Of a DNA stretch of 58,606 nt, positions 15,806 through 25,742 are shown piece by piece (the stretch's first letter is position 1; every line of letters begins with the position of its first letter). Under the pieces are notes generated by a model. It worked only from the letters and a program-made list of their open reading frames with translations, was not told the DNA's origin and did not search any database. The stretch is from a virus: positions 1 through 58,606 of IMG/VR virus record IMGVR_UViG_3300043478_000020. One strand, written 5' to 3'. The position numbers were made by a program, and so were the translations under genes.

Positions 15806-18361
15806 ATGGCAAGATTGACGACAAAATGGTGCATGATTCTCGCTACTCTGCTGATGCTGCAATCGCATGTGCATGCTCAGGCCGTAGCGACCAAGACGTT
15901 AACCAGTGATGTGTGCCCCGGTGCGGGGTGCTTGGTGGTTGGCACTACGGGGGCCGGTGGGCTGGGTGTCCAGATTACGGGCACCTGGACCGGCACTGTG
16001 ACGTTCAAGAGTACGACGACCACAAGTACAGACTGTTCCACAACCAACTTCACCGCCCATAACATGATCCCCAAAGCAGCGGCAACCGCTGTGACAACCG
16101 CCACGGCCAATGGTGGCTGGCAAGCGGGTGTAGGTGGTGTCACCTACTTCTGCGTGGTCATGACGACGTTTGGATCGGGGTCGGCAGTAGTTACTACCCT
16201 CTCAGCCCCGACGACTGGACGAGTCGGGAATGGCGGGGGCACTGGGCCTGGAACTGGCGATGCACTGACGGCTGATCCGCTCTCACAGTTCGCTTCCACT
16301 ACATCACTCCAGTTGAAGGGGGTGCTCAGTGATGAAACGGGTAGTGGCGCAGCAGTATTCGCCACGAGTCCTACGTTGGTTACGCCTTTACTCGGCACTC
16401 CAACATCTGGCAATCTGGTTAACGCTACTGGCTATCCTGTCGCAAGTGTTGCGAATCTTGGGACCGGCGTAGCGACCTTTTTGACTACACCATCTTCAGT
16501 GAACCTGTTGGCAGCGATGACGACGAAGACTGGGACGGGATCGCTGGTGTTCGGCACTACCCCGACCCTAACAACGCCAGTCCTGGGTGCTGCCACAGGT
16601 ACCTCACTGAGTTTGACTGGACTCAGTGGGAGCGGTACCCGCTGCGTGCAGACGGATACCAACGGTAATCTCGCCGTAGCAGCGGCGGGCTGCGGCGGAA
16701 GTGGAGCCACTGCCGCATTGGATAACTTAGCCTCAGTGAATATCAACTCGGCGCTGTTGGCACAGTCGGGGGTTGATAATGGTAGTACGACCAAACCCTT
16801 CCGCAACCTCTTCATCTATGGGGGTGGGACGTATGGGAGCACCTATATTGAACTGACGGGCACCCCAACCGGCACCCGTGTGCTGACCTTGCCGAACGCG
16901 ACGGACACGCTGGTGGGGCAGAATACAACCGATACCCTTGCGAATAAAACCCTCGTGGCCCCCGCGCTGGGAACACCCGCAAGCGGCACTCTCACGAATG
17001 CGACAGGTCTCCCCGTCAGCACGGGTATCAGTGGAATGGCTGCGGGTATGGGTACATGGCTGGCTACGTCAACAGTAGCGAATCTAGCAACAGTGCTAGG
17101 TAGTCAGGCGGCGAATACTTTTCTGGCCGCACCCGCTGGGTCGAGTGGAGTGGTGTCGGCACGAGTGCTGGACTATACCGACCTTCCGGCAGCGATTGTC
17201 GAGACCGCCCTGACGAGCGGCACCACTATCTCTGCCTATAACGGCGCATACGAGGTTAACTGTGCGGCACCTTGCACGTTGGTATTGCCCACGACAGCAT
17301 CTCATGCGGGGCAGACAGCAGCCTTCAGAATTGTGCTGGGCAGTTCTGCCGTGACCCTGGATGGTAACGGCTCACAGACCATCTGTGACGCTTCAGGCTG
17401 TGCAACGACCAAGACCTATTCCGCCAACCAGAGCGTGAACCTGCTGATTGATCGTGCGGGCGGCTACTGGCAGGTTGTGAGTGCAGAGCGGGGTGGGGGC
17501 AGTTCAACCGTCTTCCCCAAGCTGCCGGGACTCAGGCTCACCACGCAGAGTGGGACGTGCCAGTCAACAGCCGACAGAACCGCACAAGGCACCATCTACT
17601 ACACACCAGGAGGTTATTGCGGAGGCAGTTCCTACGCGACTGCTTACAGCGGAACAGCGTGGCTGGAGTATACCCAAGGCGAGTTGAGCCTCGCGCTCAC
17701 TGTGACCAGTGGGAAGAACTACGATGTGTTCTACTGCTACAACAGCGGAACTCCCGCCCTAGCCTTGAGTGCGGCCTGGACGACGGATACAGCCAGGGCT
17801 GACGCGCTGGCCCTTCAGGACGGCATGCCGGTAAAATCCTCCGATCACACCTGTCTTGCGGTCGGGGTAATTCGTGCCAGTGGCTCAAACGTCGTGGCTG
17901 ATGCCGTGCTCAATCGCTACGTGTGGAATCGGTTCAATCAGTTGCCTACAGATTTGGTAGCCGTGGACACTACTGACTCCTGGGACTACGGCACAGATAC
18001 ATGGCGGCAAGCCAGAGCCACAGCCGCGAACAAAGTAGAGTACGTGTCGGGCGAGTCCAACTCACTGGCACAATGTACGGTGACGGCATCAATCCTCCAG
18101 ATCAATTCATCATCCAGAGGATCAAAAGTAGCGGTTGGTGTGAACTCGACCACAGTCCCATCCGGCCACTGGACACAGTACTACAACGCAACCGGCACGG
18201 GCATTATCACGGAAGTTGTTTCTACTTATCGTGGTCGGCCTGGGCTGGGGTACAACTTCCTGGCATGGTTGGAGTCAGGCGGCGATGCGATCACGTCTAC
18301 ATTCTTCGGGGATGACGCGGGTAACGTGGCGTCTGGATTGTCGTGTGTGGTGCCCATGTGA
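15806..18361 (+). CDS. tail-fibre-like protein with N-terminal signal sequence (851 aa)
   Basis: MARLTTKWCMILATLLMLQSHVHAQA. Three copies of the fibre motif L(V/T)xPxLGxPxSGxLxNATGxPV. Thr/Gly/Ala-rich. Confidence 0.55.
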   Translation: MARLTTKWCMILATLLMLQSHVHAQAVATKTLTSDVCPGAGCLVVGTTGAGGLGVQITGTWTGTVTFKSTTTTSTDCSTTNFTAHNMIPKAAATAVTTATANGGWQAGVGGVTYFCVVMTTFGSGSAVVTTLSAPTTGRVGNGGGTGPGTGDALTADPLSQFASTTSLQLKGVLSDETGSGAAVFATSPTLVTPLLGTPTSGNLVNATGYPVASVANLGTGVATFLTTPSSVNLLAAMTTKTGTGSLVFGTTPTLTTPVLGAATGTSLSLTGLSGSGTRCVQTDTNGNLAVAAAGCGGSGATAALDNLASVNINSALLAQSGVDNGSTTKPFRNLFIYGGGTYGSTYIELTGTPTGTRVLTLPNATDTLVGQNTTDTLANKTLVAPALGTPASGTLTNATGLPVSTGISGMAAGMGTWLATSTVANLATVLGSQAANTFLAAPAGSSGVVSARVLDYTDLPAAIVETALTSGTTISAYNGAYEVNCAAPCTLVLPTTASHAGQTAAFRIVLGSSAVTLDGNGSQTICDASGCATTKTYSANQSVNLLIDRAGGYWQVVSAERGGGSSTVFPKLPGLRLTTQSGTCQSTADRTAQGTIYYTPGGYCGGSSYATAYSGTAWLEYTQGELSLALTVTSGKNYDVFYCYNSGTPALALSAAWTTDTARADALALQDGMPVKSSDHTCLAVGVIRASGSNVVADAVLNRYVWNRFNQLPTDLVAVDTTDSWDYGTDTWRQARATAANKVEYVSGESNSLAQCTVTASILQINSSSRGSKVAVGVNSTTVPSGHWTQYYNATGTGIITEVVSTYRGRPGLGYNFLAWLESGGDAITSTFFGDDAGNVASGLSCVVPM

Positions 18362-19899
18362 GTGTGCTATCAAGTCTCTTTCTGCTCACCTGGATGTTGT
18401 TCACGGGGATTGATCGCGGTCCGTGGCTGCTGATTGGAAGAACGCCTGATCACAACCCTTATGGTTGTACATCGTCAGACTCGGGAACTCGTGTACCCAC
18501 CGATCCCAACATTACCGACAGTCTTTGTGCGGTGTGGACGATTGGTGGAGGCAGTTCACCGAACATTCAGCAGTTTCGCAATGGCACGCTGATTGGCACA
18601 GGTATCGAAATCCTGTGGTTTGAGGATGTACTGTATCTCCATGGGAATGACTCCCTGTGGTACTCATGGACGCCGGAATTTGGGTATACGTTCTACGGCT
18701 CTACAGACCCGGAAACAGGTGGCGGGGTGCCTTCAGGCTACTTTGTGTCCACAAGTGGTAATGATTCCCGTACCTGCATGCAAGCCGCAGATGTGGCAAC
18801 TCCAAAGCTGACGATTGCCAGCGGGATTACGTGTTTATCGGCTGGGCAGACGTTGTATATTCGTGGTGGCACCTACAACGAGAAACTGACCAACACCACC
18901 ATCTCAGGCACGTCTTGGGCCGCGACCAAGAAGATCGCCAACTACCCCGGTGAGACGGTCTGGATGACACCAGCATCTGGAGACTATGTTGTCTACTTCC
19001 ATGCCGCGCAGCAGTATGTGGAGTTTGATGGTATCAACATGGACGGTAGTGCCATGGCGAATGGGACGTTCAAGGTTGAGGCGTCACAGGGCAATAACCC
19101 TCACCACATTCGTGTCTCCAACTCGGAACTGATTGGACCGACCATCACGACAGGCCTTCCACAAATCGTGACCTTTGACCAGCAACAGGTGGGCGCAGTG
19201 GGTGCGAATGAGTTGATCAACAATACCATTCACAGTGCTGGGGCTGACTATTTCACGCACTGCATTTATGTGATTTCCTCAAACAACATCATCGACGGCA
19301 ATAACCTCTACGACTGCTCAGGCGGCATGGTGCATATCTATAACGGCACCTACTCGATTGTCGGCACGAAGGTGCGGAACAACACCATTCACGATGGGCG
19401 TTCAACGTCAGCCGGTCAGCAGCATTGGGGCATCATAGTCTCTGTGAACGCCACTCAGACCGAGGTCTACAACAACCTTGTGTACGGTATGCCGAACAAT
19501 GGGGGCAACTCCGAGGGTATCCTCTGCCTCTATTGCGGGGTTGGGAATATGTTCTACAACAACACCGTCACGGCAAATGCGGGTGGCGGCATCAACATCG
19601 GCAACGGGGATGCGACTCCGTCTGGAACCATTGTCAAAAACAACATCACCTACGGCAATACCGGCACTGACTACCAGAACTGGGGTACTGGAACCGTGGC
19701 TGGGAACAACCTCTGCTCGTCTGGCTGTGCTGTGACCAGTGACCCTGTGTTTGTCGGGGGTGGCAACTACCACATCCAAACCTCCAGCCCCGCCAAGGAT
19801 GCTGGAGTCACACTGTCTACAGTCTTCACCACGGATAAGGACGGCATTCCCCGCCCGCAAGGGGCCGCATGGGACATCGGAGCCTATGAGTTCCACTAA
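18343..19899 (+). CDS. right-handed beta-helix (pectate-lyase fold) protein, putative polysaccharide depolymerase/tailspike
   Basis: Repeated NNTIHxG / NNLVYG / NNTVTAN / KNNITYGN turns. C-terminal PRPQGAAWDIGAYEF motif. Overlaps the upstream gene by 19 nt. Confidence 0.7.
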   Translation: MCGAHVSVLSSLFLLTWMLFTGIDRGPWLLIGRTPDHNPYGCTSSDSGTRVPTDPNITDSLCAVWTIGGGSSPNIQQFRNGTLIGTGIEILWFEDVLYLHGNDSLWYSWTPEFGYTFYGSTDPETGGGVPSGYFVSTSGNDSRTCMQAADVATPKLTIASGITCLSAGQTLYIRGGTYNEKLTNTTISGTSWAATKKIANYPGETVWMTPASGDYVVYFHAAQQYVEFDGINMDGSAMANGTFKVEASQGNNPHHIRVSNSELIGPTITTGLPQIVTFDQQQVGAVGANELINNTIHSAGADYFTHCIYVISSNNIIDGNNLYDCSGGMVHIYNGTYSIVGTKVRNNTIHDGRSTSAGQQHWGIIVSVNATQTEVYNNLVYGMPNNGGNSEGILCLYCGVGNMFYNNTVTANAGGGINIGNGDATPSGTIVKNNITYGNTGTDYQNWGTGTVAGNNLCSSGCAVTSDPVFVGGGNYHIQTSSPAKDAGVTLSTVFTTDKDGIPRPQGAAWDIGAYEFH

Positions 19900-19997
19900 A
19901 ATGCTATACTGAAGTAGGCAATCATGCCTCAGACAGAGGGGGTGAGTCCAATTACCCGCCCCCTCAACTTGCTCCTGCAAGAGAAGGATAAGACATT

Positions 19998-20525
19998 ATG
20001 GCTACTGAGAAGAATCTGACATCCGAACCTGACCCCACTACCCTCACTCCTGCGGAGATGTTTGCTCAAATGCAACAGTTCGCCAAGGTGATTGGTGAAG
20101 GTGTGGCAGCGGGGATCGCCAAGAACACCCCTCGGAAGGTGACGATTGGACAGTACGACCCCAAGACCCCGTTTCACCCAAATCGTAAGACTGCCTCTCT
20201 ATTTACCCGCGACTATTACCAGAATGGGTTCAAACTGGAGTGGGATACGACATCAGATGCGGAAATCGATCTATTGAACAAGATCACTCACTCTGGGCGG
20301 TATATCAATCGACTGGTCGAAGTGGTAGTGAACAACGACTCGGCAGATGAAGTCGTCTATATCAACTTCAACTGCAAGTCTGCCGACCAGCGGTTCGCCC
20401 TTGCGCGAGTGGCACCCGACTTTGAGAACATGCTGACTCAGATCATTACGGCGCAGAAACTTGAAGACGAGGATGAATTAGACCGTCAGACCCGCCCACG
20501 GCGCAAAGTCCAGGTAGGAGCATAA
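19998..20525 (+). CDS. hypothetical protein (175 aa)
   Basis: ORF track entry, preceded by a 98-nt gap and a GAGAAGGA SD. Confidence 0.55.
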   Translation: MATEKNLTSEPDPTTLTPAEMFAQMQQFAKVIGEGVAAGIAKNTPRKVTIGQYDPKTPFHPNRKTASLFTRDYYQNGFKLEWDTTSDAEIDLLNKITHSGRYINRLVEVVVNNDSADEVVYINFNCKSADQRFALARVAPDFENMLTQIITAQKLEDEDELDRQTRPRRKVQVGA

Positions 20526-20527
20526 TC

Positions 20528-20722
20528 ATGCCACTGATGAAGGGGCACTCAAAAGGTGTGATTGGCGAGAACATCAGGGAACTGATGAAGTCCGGGAAGA
20601 AGCAGGATCAAGCCATCGCCATTGCCATGAAGCACGCGGGTAAGAGCAAGAAACCTGCGACGACCAAGAAGAAACCCGACTATAGACCTGATGTGGTGGA
20701 TGATCACGAGTTTGAGGAATGA
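20528..20722 (+). CDS. small basic protein (64 aa)
   Basis: ORF track entry. Lys-rich (GKSKKPATTKKKP). Confidence 0.5.
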   Translation: MPLMKGHSKGVIGENIRELMKSGKKQDQAIAIAMKHAGKSKKPATTKKKPDYRPDVVDDHEFEE

Positions 20723-21231
20723 AGGGACTGATTCTCGCGCTGTGTCTGTTTATGGCAGTTCCAGTATCAGCACAATCTCGGTTTACGCTACCGACCGAGA
20801 ACGAACGTCAAGCCGCAAATATCGCATCATGGGTGACGTTAGGCGTGGAAATGGGGCTAGACGCTAAAGCCTCATGGGGTTGTGGAGACGGGAAACGGGT
20901 CCGTTGTTTCGAGATGCAAGCGTTGAGAACGGGGGGCGTCATGGCAACCGGGTGGGCGGTGAACAAGCTGTTCCCCAGAAACCGCCCCTGTGCGCCAAGC
21001 TGTGGGGCTGATAACCCTACGGCTAACCGCCTCTCCATGCACATGGCACAAGCGACCGCTGCGATTCCGTTTGGACAGCGTTGTTCGCCGGGTCCAAGGG
21101 TCGGGGTCCAGTGGTCGCTTGCGGTAGGGACGGGAGCGGGTAGGTGGTTCTCGGCACGGCATGACCTCCCGGCGTTGGCGCTAGGTGCGGCGACGGGTGT
21201 AGTCTTCGATATGGCGACTCGATGTAAGTGA
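20719..21231 (+). CDS. secreted Cys-containing protein (170 aa)
   Basis: Signal peptide MKGLILALCLFMAVPVSAQS. ATGA-type overlap with the upstream gene. Confidence 0.5.
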   Translation: MKGLILALCLFMAVPVSAQSRFTLPTENERQAANIASWVTLGVEMGLDAKASWGCGDGKRVRCFEMQALRTGGVMATGWAVNKLFPRNRPCAPSCGADNPTANRLSMHMAQATAAIPFGQRCSPGPRVGVQWSLAVGTGAGRWFSARHDLPALALGAATGVVFDMATRCK

Positions 21232-21241
21232 AAGGATTGAC

Positions 21242-21889
21242 ATGACCTTTACAGAAATCGTGAGCGAAGTCTCGGGGAGGATGAATCTCACCTCCACTGC
21301 GGCGATTGCGCGGATTGGGGTGAATGTCAATATTCGGAACCGACAAGTGTGTACGGCATTGGGGCTGGATACATCTGGAAGGGCAGTAGCAACTCAGGCG
21401 GCAACGATTGGCAACCGTTACGTCACCTTTGCGAATACACTCAAAATCTTCAACATCACCCATCCGGCCAATCCCTTCCCACTGGGGGAGATTACGGTTG
21501 ACGAGATGCGGAATAGGCTGGCAGCGGCGAATCCACCGACTGAGTATGCGATCTATCGGCAACGGGAGGATTCCATTACCATTCTGCTGGATGGAGCGCC
21601 GCTTACTGCCTACGTGCTGACGGCTGATGTATTGGAGAAAACTGCTACCCTGTCTGGCAGTACCGAACCTGCCTGGGTCGAGAACTACCACGACATCCTC
21701 GTTGACGGCGCTATCGTGACTGAACTCCGTAAAATGGAGAAGTACCAGATGGCGAACGATCTGGACAAGGAGTTCAACCTTCGGCTGAATGAGTTGAAGT
21801 ACTTCCAAGCCAAATCCGGCTACCTCTCCCGTTGGGCGGGCAAACTACGGCAAGGTGGTCGCGGTCCTGCCTACTTCGTGGTGCCGTAA
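21242..21889 (+). CDS. putative head-tail adaptor/neck protein
   Basis: 215 aa, assigned by position at the start of the neck/tail gene run. No diagnostic motif. Confidence 0.35.
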   Translation: MTFTEIVSEVSGRMNLTSTAAIARIGVNVNIRNRQVCTALGLDTSGRAVATQAATIGNRYVTFANTLKIFNITHPANPFPLGEITVDEMRNRLAAANPPTEYAIYRQREDSITILLDGAPLTAYVLTADVLEKTATLSGSTEPAWVENYHDILVDGAIVTELRKMEKYQMANDLDKEFNLRLNELKYFQAKSGYLSRWAGKLRQGGRGPAYFVVP

Positions 21890-23800
21890 ATGGCGTCAAG
21901 TCCTGGCGATCTGGTCATTCCAACACTGAGAGGAGGTCTGAACGATACTGATCCGCCCCATCTCCTAGAGAATGATCAGTGTACCGTGGCTATGAATGTA
22001 GAGTTCTTTCATTCGAGCATTGGTGAGCGGAGGTTTGGGTGTTCAGCGTTCGATATCACGGGATCGGGACTGGCTGATGAGGATGTGATTGCCTTCCTGG
22101 GCGAGTGGTTCCCTGATGATGATATTGCCCATCCTGAGATATGGGCACTGGGCGTGACCGTAGGTGTCTCTACGACCTTAACCAAGCGTGCCCCGGCTGG
22201 ACCCTCTTGGTCAACAGTCGTGCCCGTAGACCCCATAGATACGACAGCACCTGATGTCTATGGGATGAATACGCAGATTCTGAATGCCAAGCAGTTCTTC
22301 GCCTATCGGAGCAATGTCGATCGCCTCCACCTGTGGGATGGAGATACGCTGCGACGAGCAGGGTTGGCGGAACCCACAGCCCCACCTGTGGTGACAGATA
22401 CCGGATCAGGCTCCTTTGCTGATGATCGCTATTATCGCATCCGCTATGTCAAATTGAGCGGTTCAGGCGAGGTACTGGTTCGTAGCGAACCCTCAGAGGA
22501 AGTGACGTTTGAGCCGAGTGGGAGCGGGTCTGGGGCGTCGATTACTCGCCCTGTGCTGCTTGGCGAGAGCGAGACGCATTGGGAAGTGGAAGCGTCGTCT
22601 GATGATGAGAATTGGTACAGAATTGCGACTGTGCTGGATTCGACCACGACCTATACTGACGAAACCGATCTGACCACTGATAGTTATGCCGATGTTGGCA
22701 CATTGTCGGAGGATATCGGCAGCTACCTGTTGCTGCCGTCTGCGAAATATTTGACTATTGACGATGATAGGTTAGTCTTTGCTGGACACTGGACTGACTC
22801 CACCAAGAAGTCGTTGGTGGGCTGGACTCCCGTGAAGAACGATCCCGGCAAAGGTAACGACGAACGGCTCCCCTTAGATTTCGACAATACGGTCGAACTG
22901 GATACCACGGATGAAAGCGAAATTACCGGACTCAGTGCCTCCACGAATGGCACATGGTATGCCTTTAAATGGGGACATATCTATAAATTTACACGGTTGT
23001 ATACTGGTGCGCTCCGAGCGTACCAAGTGTTTAATCTTAGCAAATCCCACGGAGCCATATCTGGCAGCATTGTTAGCGGTGCTGACGAAAATGGTCGATC
23101 CTGTATCTACTTCTTAGATCCAGCGGTTGGACCCATGAGACTGGGAGCAGCTGGACTCCAGCGAGTGCTCGGATTAAGCACGACATGGAAGAGGGTCAAC
23201 GCGACCGCGAGTATTGCGGCACGGGCACTGTACTACTCGGATAAATGCCAAGTCCATTGGTGGGTCGCGGCAGATGGGGAGGATACACCCTCGCTAAAGA
23301 TCATCCTTCAGACGGATGAAATCCAATCCGAAGGACGTGGTGCGAGTCGAGGGTTCTCGCTGGCTGATGGGCGGATTGCAGAAGCGTATGCCGCAACCAC
23401 GATTCATGAACTCATTCTCAATGATGAAGGAAATCAAGCGATATCTAACCGCCCCTTTATCGGCCTTCCAACCCCGAACTGTATCCAGCGCTGCGATATT
23501 GAAAATACCGACGATGGACAGGCATATGTGGCTCGTATCAGGACTAAAGCCTTCTTTCAAGCAGGATTGCTGAACCAGTGGGGAGCTATGGCAGGGGCGT
23601 TACTGGCCGACGCAAACGCGAGTGCTTCGGTGCGTGTGGCGCTGATTGGCGATTTTGGGCGCTATACTGCTGACACAAAAGCCATTACCACGTCTCTCGC
23701 TCCTGTCGGGACTGAAGAGTTCGTGATCAAGAAGTTTGACGATCTGAGTCTGTCAGAAGCCACAGGCATTCAGATCGAGTTCTCGGATGTGGGCGTATGA
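21890..23800 (+). CDS. large virion protein (putative tail tube/nozzle)
   Basis: 636 aa, contiguous with the preceding gene. Assigned by size and position only. Confidence 0.35.
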   Translation: MASSPGDLVIPTLRGGLNDTDPPHLLENDQCTVAMNVEFFHSSIGERRFGCSAFDITGSGLADEDVIAFLGEWFPDDDIAHPEIWALGVTVGVSTTLTKRAPAGPSWSTVVPVDPIDTTAPDVYGMNTQILNAKQFFAYRSNVDRLHLWDGDTLRRAGLAEPTAPPVVTDTGSGSFADDRYYRIRYVKLSGSGEVLVRSEPSEEVTFEPSGSGSGASITRPVLLGESETHWEVEASSDDENWYRIATVLDSTTTYTDETDLTTDSYADVGTLSEDIGSYLLLPSAKYLTIDDDRLVFAGHWTDSTKKSLVGWTPVKNDPGKGNDERLPLDFDNTVELDTTDESEITGLSASTNGTWYAFKWGHIYKFTRLYTGALRAYQVFNLSKSHGAISGSIVSGADENGRSCIYFLDPAVGPMRLGAAGLQRVLGLSTTWKRVNATASIAARALYYSDKCQVHWWVAADGEDTPSLKIILQTDEIQSEGRGASRGFSLADGRIAEAYAATTIHELILNDEGNQAISNRPFIGLPTPNCIQRCDIENTDDGQAYVARIRTKAFFQAGLLNQWGAMAGALLADANASASVRVALIGDFGRYTADTKAITTSLAPVGTEEFVIKKFDDLSLSEATGIQIEFSDVGV

Positions 23801-24621
23801 GTACCCCTCAAGCGACCACGAATCGGTTGTTCGCAGCACCCGCTGCTGCCGACCCTGTCACACTTACGCCGAATGTCGTCGCGTGGGCGAACAGTGCATG
23901 GGTGGAGTTAATCGCAGCAGCAGACGCTGATTTAGTATTGACCAGTATCTGTGTCGGGGCCGATACCAGTGCTGCCTATGCTGCCTTTGAGATAGATATC
24001 GCTACAGGCGCTCCTGCATCGGAAACGGTAGTCACGACCTTCAGAGGGGTCTTTAAGCGCACCTACTTCTGCGGACCGGGGTATATGCCGTGCCCCATAC
24101 CGCTGGACAACATTGCCACAGGCGCACGAGTGTCCGCACGGTTGCGGAAAAGTAACACCCGCACCGACCCGTGGACGGTATCAATGTCGTACTACAAGAA
24201 GGCTATTACGGGCACGTTACTAGTCACAGCTAAACCTCAGAAGTGCTTCCCCTCTGCTGCCGCCAGCTTCTCTGTTCCTCTCGGTGCTGGTACATGGGCG
24301 AATAGCTCGTGGTCACAGATGATTGCATCAACGGCAACCGCTATCGTACTCGTGGGGGTGTCTATTGATACCAGTGCGTTTAGTTATGATGAATTTGAGT
24401 GTGATTTGGGGATTGGGGCAGCAGCGTCGGAAGTCGTGTTTGCAACCTTTAAAACTCAAGTAGCAGGACCAGGTGGCGGGGGTGGACCGAACTTTGTACC
24501 CATCAACACGCCCTACGACTCTATTGCTTCTAGTAGCCGTATTGCTGTACGAGGTAGAGCCGCGAATGTCTCCTTCCGTGAAATGAACATCGCCTTATCC
24601 TATATCGAGAAGCCGCTATGA
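23797..24621 (+). CDS. virion protein with two copies of a WANSxW...E(I/C)D(I/L)xxGA domain
   Basis: Internal duplication read from the translation. Overlaps both neighbouring genes by 4 nt. Confidence 0.45.
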   Translation: MSTPQATTNRLFAAPAAADPVTLTPNVVAWANSAWVELIAAADADLVLTSICVGADTSAAYAAFEIDIATGAPASETVVTTFRGVFKRTYFCGPGYMPCPIPLDNIATGARVSARLRKSNTRTDPWTVSMSYYKKAITGTLLVTAKPQKCFPSAAASFSVPLGAGTWANSSWSQMIASTATAIVLVGVSIDTSAFSYDEFECDLGIGAAASEVVFATFKTQVAGPGGGGGPNFVPINTPYDSIASSSRIAVRGRAANVSFREMNIALSYIEKPL

Positions 24622-25742
24622 GTATTCTCAACACAGCGGCGCTCAAAGTCTTCCCCACATCGGCGTCGGGGATTGATGTTACGTCTGGGCCAAGTACAAA
24701 TACGTTTGGCGCATGGACGGAAATTGTCCCAGCTAGCTCATTTGCCTCACCTGTGCAAATGGCGGGATACATGATCCAAGGGTATGCGGCATCAGCCACC
24801 TTTGAATTACAGGTGGGTACTGGCACGGCTGGTAACGAAGTCGCTATCGCGAATATCCCGCAAATCTCCAGCAACGGCAACGAGAACATCCAGATCACTA
24901 TGCTGCCCACGGCGATTAACCTGGGATCAGCGAATGCCCGTATCTCGTTCCGCATGCGGCATGCGAATGCGAATACGACCCTGCCGTTTGCGATGTTCTA
25001 CTATCTCAGTTCAACCGCGACGACTGCGGCTGATGAAATGTCGTACTTACCCTATGGCGTATTAGGAGTCAATCAAGGTACGGCAATCGTTCCGAACACC
25101 ACTCCGTGGGCGAACTCCAGTTGGACTGAACTTAGCCCGAGCCTCGCATCCGGCACTCGAATCATCGGTGTCATGCCCGCACTCAACTCCTTCTATGTGA
25201 GTATGGAGTATGAGTTGGATATCGGGACGGGGGCACTGGGGGCGGAGACGGTTATCACCACGATTCGGAACAACTTTGCGCCTGTAGCTATTCAGGGGTT
25301 AACGAATGTCTATCTTCCGGCAGTCTATACGCTTCCCGGCACATCTAGGGTATCGTATCGGTTGCGGAAGTCGGGGACTGATCCTTCGACGTTTTATGTC
25401 TTTCTGATCTACCTACCGGCGTCGGATCTGGTCGCGGATATCGATAGTATTGGTTGCGGGCTGACCACGAACCAGATCCTCGCGTTTGGCACCAACCTCG
25501 ATATCGCGTCTGATATCTCCGTGACCCGTGACGGGGATGAAGTCGAGTTCTCCGTCACAATGGCAACAGCGGATCAACTTCAGATTGACATTCCTGATTA
25601 TGTAAATGGCGAATACTGCGTGGCTCTTGGCGAAGGGACGCCCGTCTGTGCGGAGCTAGAGTGTGCCCCGCCACAGGTGACGGCTGCGAACTGGCGACTC
25701 CACCGCTTTGACCTCAAGCAGAGGCTGGAGCAGACCAGCTAA
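24618..25742 (+). CDS. virion protein with two further copies of the same domain
   Basis: FGAWTEIV...FELQVGTGTAGNE and WANSSWTEL...YELDIGTGALGAE. Confidence 0.45.
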   Translation: MSILNTAALKVFPTSASGIDVTSGPSTNTFGAWTEIVPASSFASPVQMAGYMIQGYAASATFELQVGTGTAGNEVAIANIPQISSNGNENIQITMLPTAINLGSANARISFRMRHANANTTLPFAMFYYLSSTATTAADEMSYLPYGVLGVNQGTAIVPNTTPWANSSWTELSPSLASGTRIIGVMPALNSFYVSMEYELDIGTGALGAETVITTIRNNFAPVAIQGLTNVYLPAVYTLPGTSRVSYRLRKSGTDPSTFYVFLIYLPASDLVADIDSIGCGLTTNQILAFGTNLDIASDISVTRDGDEVEFSVTMATADQLQIDIPDYVNGEYCVALGEGTPVCAELECAPPQVTAANWRLHRFDLKQRLEQTS

